Below are positions 57,037-64,000 of a stretch of 64,000 nt of DNA, in pieces. The DNA is taken from assembly GCA_963663165.1 (NCBI GenBank), contig OY760175.1, positions 416,001 to 480,000 of the forward strand, given 5' to 3'. How positions within the stretch are numbered: the stretch's first letter is position 1; each line of letters begins with the position of its first letter. The notes under the pieces are model-generated. The model was not told where the DNA came from and did no database searches. It was given only the letters and a program-made list of their open reading frames with translations. The stretch is from an uncultured Desulfospira sp. (GTDB lineage: Bacteria; Desulfobacterota; Desulfobacteria; Desulfobacterales; Desulfobacteraceae). Both the position numbers and the translations under genes were made by a program.

Positions 57037-58821
57037 ATGTATATTCCTGAAGAGAAAATTTCTGAAATTCTAAACAGTTCAGACATAGTTGATATCGTAT
57101 CCGATTCTGTTATTCTCAAAAAATCCGGAAGGAATTTCTTTGGGTTGTGCCCGTTTCATGCCGAAAAAACCCCGTCTTTTTCCGTTAACCCGGACAAGCA
57201 GATTTTTCATTGTTTCGGGTGCGGGGCCGGGGGGAATGCCCTTGGCTTTATCATGAAATACCATGGCATCAGTTTCCCGGAAGCCGCCCGGATGCTGGCC
57301 AGAAAATACAACATTCTCATCGAAACAAATAGCCTTGATCCGGCAAAGAAAAGGCAGATTCAGGCAAGGGAGAATCTGTTCAGACTCAATAAAAAAGTCA
57401 TGGGGTATTACCAGGGGGGATTGACGCCAGGATCCGCTGGTGCCCGATATCTTGAAAGAAGGGGAACCGAAAGAGAAATCATAGAGCAGTTTTATCTCGG
57501 GTTTGCCCAGGACCAGTGGGACGGGGTGGTTCATCTTCTGCGCAAAGAAAAAGTGAACAAAAGAACGGCCCTGGAATCAGGGCTGGTGCTGCCCCGCAAG
57601 AGCGGTTCCGGGTTTTACGACCGGTTCAGAAACCGGATCATGTTTCCGATATTTGACATCAATATGCAGGTGGCCGGATTTGGCGGAAGGGTCATGGACG
57701 ATGCCATGCCCAAGTACATGAATTCACCTGAAACACCGGTTTACAATAAAAGCCGGATTCTTTACGGCCTTCACGCCTCAAAGCAGCATTGCCGGCGGGC
57801 TGATCTGGTTTATATCGTTGAAGGGTACTTTGACTTTTTATCCTTGTTTCAACACGGCATCCAAAATTGCGTGGCAAGCCTTGGCACTGCCTTGACACCG
57901 GAGCATGTCCGGATTTTAAAGGGATATGCCACCAAAATGGTGCTGGTGTTTGACTCAGATGCTGCCGGGATCAATGCGGCCAAAAGAAGTATTAAAATTT
58001 TTATGCAAGAAGGGGTGGACACCCGGATACTGGTGCTGCCCGATGGCCATGACCCGGATTCTTTTATCATGAAAAACGGTAGGGACGCCTGGGAAAATAT
58101 AGCCGGGACAGCTAAGAACATCATGGATTTTTTATTTGAGCTGGCCAAAAACACCCACGGCATGAGTGTGGAAGGCCGGGTGAAAATCCTTGAAGAAATG
58201 AAGGGGCATCTGGCCAAAATCAGTGACAGCGCCTTAAGGTCGCTTTATGTCAAGGAAATTTCAGAGACCCTGCATATTGATGAAAAGGCGGTTTTAGAAA
58301 AAGTCCGCGACCAGGTCGGCAAACAACAGCGGCCGGCGGCGTTTAATCCCGAGGCACCGGTTGTTGAAGAACAACTTGATCCCGGTGAAAAACAGATTGT
58401 ATCCATCATGTTAAATTATCCTGAACTGATTCAGGATGTGATGGACAGCCATGCCCCGGATTTTTTCACCAGTGACCGGTTAAAGAACATGGCTATGGTC
58501 ATATTCCAGGCGGATACCGGCACAACCAACAGCGTTAACACGATATGGACCCAGTTTAAGAACCCTGAAGATCAGGAGCTGATTGCCTGTCTGGTTTCCG
58601 ATGCCGGCGGGTCAACTGAGAATGCCGGTGAAGATATGGAAACCATTCACAGGCAGGCCCGGGATATTATCAGCCGGTTCGTCCGGGTTCGGAAAAAAAA
58701 TGAAAATAAGATAACAACACGAATAATGAGTGCGGAAAAGGGTGGTGAAGATGACGTGATGGAATTGCTGCGGCAAAAGCAGCTTGAAATTAGTCAATTT
58801 CACATCAGCCCCGGCGCTTAA
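57037..58821 (+). CDS. dnaG: DNA primase
   Basis: CPFHAEKTPSF zinc finger; KYMNSPET; EGY; DSDAAG. Confidence 0.97.
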   Translation: MYIPEEKISEILNSSDIVDIVSDSVILKKSGRNFFGLCPFHAEKTPSFSVNPDKQIFHCFGCGAGGNALGFIMKYHGISFPEAARMLARKYNILIETNSLDPAKKRQIQARENLFRLNKKVMGYYQGGLTPGSAGARYLERRGTEREIIEQFYLGFAQDQWDGVVHLLRKEKVNKRTALESGLVLPRKSGSGFYDRFRNRIMFPIFDINMQVAGFGGRVMDDAMPKYMNSPETPVYNKSRILYGLHASKQHCRRADLVYIVEGYFDFLSLFQHGIQNCVASLGTALTPEHVRILKGYATKMVLVFDSDAAGINAAKRSIKIFMQEGVDTRILVLPDGHDPDSFIMKNGRDAWENIAGTAKNIMDFLFELAKNTHGMSVEGRVKILEEMKGHLAKISDSALRSLYVKEISETLHIDEKAVLEKVRDQVGKQQRPAAFNPEAPVVEEQLDPGEKQIVSIMLNYPELIQDVMDSHAPDFFTSDRLKNMAMVIFQADTGTTNSVNTIWTQFKNPEDQELIACLVSDAGGSTENAGEDMETIHRQARDIISRFVRVRKKNENKITTRIMSAEKGGEDDVMELLRQKQLEISQFHISPGA

Positions 58822-58842
58822 AGCCTTTGGAGGGCAGTTTAT

Positions 58843-60687
58843 ATGGCAGATAAGGCAAGTCCGGCAGAAGATATGGTTGTCATTGAAGAGGATATTTTCA
58901 ACAAGCTCCTTAAAAAGGGTGAAAAAACCGGTGTCCTCTCTTTTGCCGAAGTCAATAATGCTATCAGTGATGATTTAAAGTCTTCGGATCAATTGGAAGA
59001 TATTATTTTAAAGTTTAAAGAAAAGGGAATTGAGTTAAAAGACATGGAAAAAGCCGGCAGGGCAAAGGCAAAATCCACAAAGCCCAAGGCAAAACCGGCC
59101 CGGAAACCAACCCTAAAAGATAAAGGCGGCAATATGTCCCACCTGGATGAGGATTCAGATAAGAATCAGTCTCTTGTATCGAGAAAGGACCGCACAGATC
59201 TGGAATTTGGCGCCGTGACTGACCCGGTGAAAATGTATCTCAAAGAAATGGGCATGGTCACCCTTTTAAGCCGTGAAGGCGAAATTGAGATCGCCAAAAA
59301 AATAGAGGTGGGTGAGCGGGACATGCTTCGGGCCATGCTGGACTGTCCGTTTTCGTTGGATACCATATTCAGGTACGGGGACAGGATGGAAAGAAAGTGT
59401 ATCCGCCCCAAACATGTGCTCAGAGATGTGGATGAAGGGGACGGCGTGGTTGATGAGGCCTCCAAACAGGAAAAATTTCTCGAATCCCTGGCCATTATCA
59501 GAAAAATCCATATGGAAAATCAGGCCAACCGGGAAGATCTTCTGAAAACCAACAAAAAAACCAAGAAGTATGACAATCTGATTCAGACCATTGATGAGAA
59601 TACGGAAAAGATTTTTGAAGAGCTTAAACCCTGGCGGTTTGAATCCAACATTATTGATGCCATTGAAAAAAATATCAGAAACACCATTACCTGGTTTGAG
59701 ATCACCAACGATCTTTTAGATAAATGTGCCAAGACCTTTAATGTGGTCCGGGATACCATGATCAAACAGGCCGCTGACCGGGAAAAATTTGTTGCCTGGG
59801 CGGTTGCCCGAAAGGATATTACCAAGAAAAGGGCCACCCAGCTGTTTGAGGATATCACGGCGGTCACCGTCCAGATTACAAGGAAAAAGGATGGCCTTAA
59901 AGGGGATGTTGACGATTTAAAGGCCATCATTGACCGGATCGACCAGGGACGTAAAAAGGCCGATTCTGCCAAACGGGAATTGGTCCGGGCCAATCTTCGT
60001 CTGGTGGTCAGTATTGCCAAAAAATATACCAACCGGGGCCTTCAGTTCCTGGATCTGATTCAGGAAGGCAATATCGGGTTGATGAAAGCTGTGGATAAGT
60101 TCGAATATCGAAGGGGATACAAATTCTCCACCTATGCGACCTGGTGGATCCGGCAGGCCATCACCCGGGCCATTGCCGATCAGGCCCGGACCATACGGAT
60201 TCCCGTCCACATGATTGAAACCATCAACAAACTGATCAGAACCTCACGGTACCTGGTCCAGGAAATGGGCAAAGAACCCTCTCCCGAAGAAATAGCCGAA
60301 AAAATGGAAATCCCCATTGAAAAGGTCAGGCGGGTGCTGAAGATCGCCAAAGAGCCCATATCTCTGGAAACCCCCATTGGCGAGGAAGAAGACAGCCATC
60401 TCGGGGATTTTATTGAGGATAAAAAGTTTTCCATCCCGTCCGAGGCGGCCATTGATTTCAGTCTGGCAGAACAGACCCGTAAAATTCTGGCCACCCTGAC
60501 CCCGAGAGAGGAAAAGGTATTGCGCATGCGGTTTGGGATTGGGGAAAAATCCGATCACACCTTAGAGGAGGTCGGAAAGGATTTTACCGTTACAAGAGAG
60601 CGGATCCGGCAGATTGAGGCCAAGGCATTAAGAAAGCTGAGACACCCCACACGGAGCAAAAAACTCAAGACCTTTATTGAGAATTAA
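58843..60687 (+). CDS. rpoD: Primary sigma factor
   Basis: [44 protein letters not shown]. Confidence 0.98.
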   Translation: MADKASPAEDMVVIEEDIFNKLLKKGEKTGVLSFAEVNNAISDDLKSSDQLEDIILKFKEKGIELKDMEKAGRAKAKSTKPKAKPARKPTLKDKGGNMSHLDEDSDKNQSLVSRKDRTDLEFGAVTDPVKMYLKEMGMVTLLSREGEIEIAKKIEVGERDMLRAMLDCPFSLDTIFRYGDRMERKCIRPKHVLRDVDEGDGVVDEASKQEKFLESLAIIRKIHMENQANREDLLKTNKKTKKYDNLIQTIDENTEKIFEELKPWRFESNIIDAIEKNIRNTITWFEITNDLLDKCAKTFNVVRDTMIKQAADREKFVAWAVARKDITKKRATQLFEDITAVTVQITRKKDGLKGDVDDLKAIIDRIDQGRKKADSAKRELVRANLRLVVSIAKKYTNRGLQFLDLIQEGNIGLMKAVDKFEYRRGYKFSTYATWWIRQAITRAIADQARTIRIPVHMIETINKLIRTSRYLVQEMGKEPSPEEIAEKMEIPIEKVRRVLKIAKEPISLETPIGEEEDSHLGDFIEDKKFSIPSEAAIDFSLAEQTRKILATLTPREEKVLRMRFGIGEKSDHTLEEVGKDFTVTRERIRQIEAKALRKLRHPTRSKKLKTFIEN

Positions 60688-60701
60688 TTTAAGGCTTAAG
60701 C

Positions 60702-60730
60702 TTGACTATCAAATCCGATTGTAATATAGT
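60702..60730 (+). promoter_or_regulatory. Sigma70 promoter of tRNA
   Basis: TTGACT-17 nt-TATAGT. Confidence 0.7.
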
Positions 60731-60752
60731 CCTCCAGTTTTTTGTAAAAAAA

Positions 60753-60829
60753 GGGCCTATAGCTCAGTTTGGCAGAGCCACCGGCTCATAACCGGTCGGT
60801 CCCTGGTTCGAATCCAGGTGGGCCCACCA
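60753..60829 (+). tRNA. tRNA with CAU anticodon, most likely tRNA-Ile2 (lysidine)
   Basis: GGGCCTA acceptor stem, accgg-ctCATaa-ccggt anticodon arm, TTCGAAT T-loop, encoded CCA; location after rpoD. Confidence 0.93.
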
Positions 60830-60987
60830 CTTTAAATTTGCGGAAAATAGATAGCTTAGGATGTCGCAAAATGATATGGTATCAGGGGAATCGATTCAAC
60901 GGGAAACTTCCGGAATCTCGAAACATATCAGGGAGGCGCATCGAACATATATGATTTTGCCTGGAAAAACCGGCGAAAAGAGAACAC

Positions 60988-61019
60988 AAAAAGCGTGGTT
61001 ATCAAACCACGCTTTTTTT
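60988..61019 (+). terminator. Rho-independent terminator
   Basis: aaaaagcgtggtt-atca-aaccacgc followed by T7. Confidence 0.8.
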
Positions 61020-61079
61020 ATTTTGCAAAAAGGATCTTTAAAATTAACGGATGGCCCTGGCGGCCGGTGGATGGTTTAA

Positions 61080-61898
61080 ATGGGACTGGCGGTTAAAGAT
61101 GTGATGTGGATCATTGACTCGATGGTGCCCTTTTGCCTTGCCGAAGACTGGGATAACAGCGGACTTCAGGCCGGGGAACCTCTCTGGCCGGTCAGAAAAA
61201 TCATGGTCAGCCTTGATGTGACCATGGCGGTAATGGACGCGGCCAAAGCATGGGAAGCGGATCTGGTGTTAAGCCATCATCCCTTGATGTTTAAGTCTGA
61301 AAAAACCATTGATTTCGGGAAAATGCCGGGAAACGCCATTGCGGCGGCGGCCCGAAACCGGATCAGCATTGTGTCTGCCCACACCAACCTGGACAAGGCA
61401 CCGGGCGGACTTAACGACGCCTTTGCCGATCTTATCGGATTGACCCAGATCACTGGATTTTGTCCGGACCCCGGCCTTGGGCAGACAACTCAAGATCCCG
61501 CGAGTCTTGGAAGAATTGGAAAATTCCCCAAAAAGGCGTCATTGAAGGCGCTGGCCCGGGATTTGAAAAAAAGACTTGAACTTGACGGGATACGGGTGAT
61601 TGGAAATCTTGAGCAGGAAGTGGTATGGGGGGCAGTCTGTACCGGTTCCGGCGGTTCGTTGATTCCCCAATTTTTAGATTCCAAGGCAGATGTCTTCATT
61701 ACCGGTGATCTTAAATACCACGACGCCAGACTGATTGAGGAGAAAGGGAAAACCGCGGTGGATGCCGGCCATTTTGTATCCGAGCATATTGCCGTGGACC
61801 TGTTGAAACAAAAGCTTGAACAGTCAGCCGCCATTCGTGAAAACGGGCTTAAAATCAAAGGATTTTTAAACCAAGAGGATCCTTTTAAAAACGTTTAA
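61080..61898 (+). CDS. Nif3-like dinuclear metal centre protein
   Basis: WDNSGLQAG, HHP, HTNLD, DAGHFVSE. Confidence 0.93.
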   Translation: MGLAVKDVMWIIDSMVPFCLAEDWDNSGLQAGEPLWPVRKIMVSLDVTMAVMDAAKAWEADLVLSHHPLMFKSEKTIDFGKMPGNAIAAAARNRISIVSAHTNLDKAPGGLNDAFADLIGLTQITGFCPDPGLGQTTQDPASLGRIGKFPKKASLKALARDLKKRLELDGIRVIGNLEQEVVWGAVCTGSGGSLIPQFLDSKADVFITGDLKYHDARLIEEKGKTAVDAGHFVSEHIAVDLLKQKLEQSAAIRENGLKIKGFLNQEDPFKNV

Positions 61899-61907
61899 GG
61901 ATAAGCC

Positions 61908-62630
61908 ATGAAGGAAATAACAAAACAGGATATAGACGCATTGGTTCTGCTTCAGGAAACTGAAACCGAAATTGTCAGGCTTCAGTCTGTCCTGACAAAA
62001 GTGGATAAAGAAAAAGCCAGGCTTGAAGTAAAGCTTGCCGCATTTGAAGCCGCCCTGGTAAAGAACCGGGAAGAGCTTGAAAAAACTTCGGAAATGTGCC
62101 GGAAGACCGAAGAGGAAGTCAAGGTGATTGACCAGCGGATCATCAAAAGCAATGAAACCCTTAGAATGGTGAAGACCAACAAAGAGTACCAGGTCCTGTT
62201 AAGGGAAGTTGATGACAATAAAAAACGAAAAGACGCCCTTGAAACCGAGCTGCTTGAAATGATGGAGGAAAAGGAAAAACAAACCGCCGTTGTTGAGGAA
62301 AGCGAAAAGGAATTTGCGCTCCTCAAAGAGCAGACAAGGGCGGCTCAGGCAGAACTCGAACAACAGACCACGGATGATAAAGCCTCCCTGGAAGAATTTG
62401 GCGCCCGGCAGGCCGAAATCGGTCAGGCCCTAGATCCGTTTCTCATGGACCGGTTTAAAAGGATTTCAAAGATGAACGACGGCCTGGCCGTAGCCCGGGT
62501 GAAAAATGAGACCTGCATGGGCTGTTTTATGAATATTCCGCCTCAGCTTTATATTGAAGTTCAGCGGGGAACAAAATTGATCTCATGCCCCCAATGTAGT
62601 AGGATACTTTACTATGTAGCCGAAGCCTGA
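61908..62630 (+). CDS. Coiled-coil C4 zinc-ribbon protein (DUF164 type)
   Basis: Coiled coil; CMGC...CPQCSRIL. Confidence 0.9.
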   Translation: MKEITKQDIDALVLLQETETEIVRLQSVLTKVDKEKARLEVKLAAFEAALVKNREELEKTSEMCRKTEEEVKVIDQRIIKSNETLRMVKTNKEYQVLLREVDDNKKRKDALETELLEMMEEKEKQTAVVEESEKEFALLKEQTRAAQAELEQQTTDDKASLEEFGARQAEIGQALDPFLMDRFKRISKMNDGLAVARVKNETCMGCFMNIPPQLYIEVQRGTKLISCPQCSRILYYVAEA

Positions 62631-62681
62631 GCAGCGCAACTAATGCGCGCGGTTTGCGGCATATTTTAACTTAATGTAAAA

Positions 62682-63120
<439 letters not shown>

Positions 63121-63147
63121 ACAACCATATCACCTTCAGGAAATACC

Positions 63148-64000
63148 ATGGAACCCAGCTTTGATATCTCTTTCAGGGAAAAGGCCGATATTTTTTCCTT
63201 TGAATACCTCAAATGCCTTTTGTTTATCCGCTCAATCGAGACCGATAATTATGTTTTTACCAAAAAGCTGTTTTCGAAACTGATTATCAACTCTCATATT
63301 CTGGAAGATTTTTTAGATTTTCACGGGGCCAAAAAAAATTCCGAATGGGTGCTATACCGTGAATTATGCGCCCTGGTCCGCCATCTTTCCCTGGCCTGTT
63401 ATTCCCAGCGCCATATTATCAACCGGTTTGATTTTTATCAGTTTGAAGGCGGGTATAACACCTTCAAGCAAGAGGCCCTTGACACCATCGTGACCTTACA
63501 GGACTCCCTGAAAATGGCAGTCCCTGTGGTCCTTAAAGAAGCCATGCGTCTCAATATTGCCATTCCGGGAAGCGGATATGACCTTGGATATTTCCCCGGC
63601 ATTACCTCTTCTCAGCAGCTGCTTCGGAATATCGATGATTTTAATTCACGGGACCAGCAGCAGAAAAATCTGACCCGCATATCCAGTGAATTTCTGGAAG
63701 TGGTCAAAGAGTTTGAACCCTTTTCTTTTTACGAACATCATGATTTGAAAAAAATCCGGGAACTGGTTCCTGAAAAGATCAATGAGGTGATCATCCGGCG
63801 ATTTGAGATGCAGATCCACAATATTCAATCTTCTTTTGATTCTTATGTGGTATACAGCAAGTCGTCTGAGAACCTGGTTCTCGACCAGCTTCGCAGTCAT
63901 TTTTCCATTGTGTTTCATATCCTTCAGGTCATGGGCCGGCTGCTTCATTTTTACGAACGCCACCTTTACGATGTCGGTTTCAAGGATGTTTACAAACAGA
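63148..64000 (+). CDS. Conserved protein, partial (resembles N-terminal region of long HPr-domain proteins of Desulfobacterales)
   Basis: Open frame from ATG at 63148 (MEPSFDISFREKADIFS...LEDFLDFHGAKKN...YREL) to window end; the HPr domain itself is not visible. Confidence 0.55.
   Translation, partial: MEPSFDISFREKADIFSFEYLKCLLFIRSIETDNYVFTKKLFSKLIINSHILEDFLDFHGAKKNSEWVLYRELCALVRHLSLACYSQRHIINRFDFYQFEGGYNTFKQEALDTIVTLQDSLKMAVPVVLKEAMRLNIAIPGSGYDLGYFPGITSSQQLLRNIDDFNSRDQQQKNLTRISSEFLEVVKEFEPFSFYEHHDLKKIRELVPEKINEVIIRRFEMQIHNIQSSFDSYVVYSKSSENLVLDQLRSHFSIVFHILQVMGRLLHFYERHLYDVGFKDVYKQ

Overview
A 64-kb chromosomal segment of a sulfate-reducing Desulfobacterales bacterium (Desulfobacteraceae-like; inferred from dsrC, flx-hdr and gene style). 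From left to right: the 5' end of a CoA-activase gene; a broken secreted beta-helix gene; mlaEFDCA; nitrilase-ahbA; dsrC; and an hdrA-flxDCBA cluster in which both HdrA and FlxD/MvhD contain in-frame UGA (selenocysteine) codons that the ORF track missed. Next come miaA, an LpoA-like lipoprotein, an ErcA/ErcS-like ADH-kinase pair, pfk and kdsD. A ~20-kb Na+/H+ antiporter locus follows: a single-subunit antiporter, two His kinases, two stand-alone receivers, a USP, an Mrp operon with three large subunits, two degenerate cNMP-binding proteins, and an inverted paralogous copy of the last three Mrp genes. An orphan gene with an RGS-like motif pattern lies between the two copies. The rest holds a stand-alone 2.6-kaa PfaA-type PKS fused to FabA-like dehydratases, several small genes, hisB, dnaG-rpoD-tRNA(CAU), nif3, a zinc-ribbon gene, RNase P RNA and a partial gene. 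Intergenic DNA carries several repeat families: heptamer palindromes, 15-mer palindromes, ISAs1-like MITEs, a strand-specific structured palindrome family and a REP. No CRISPR array or transposase was seen. All calls come from reading motifs by eye; no database searches were run.
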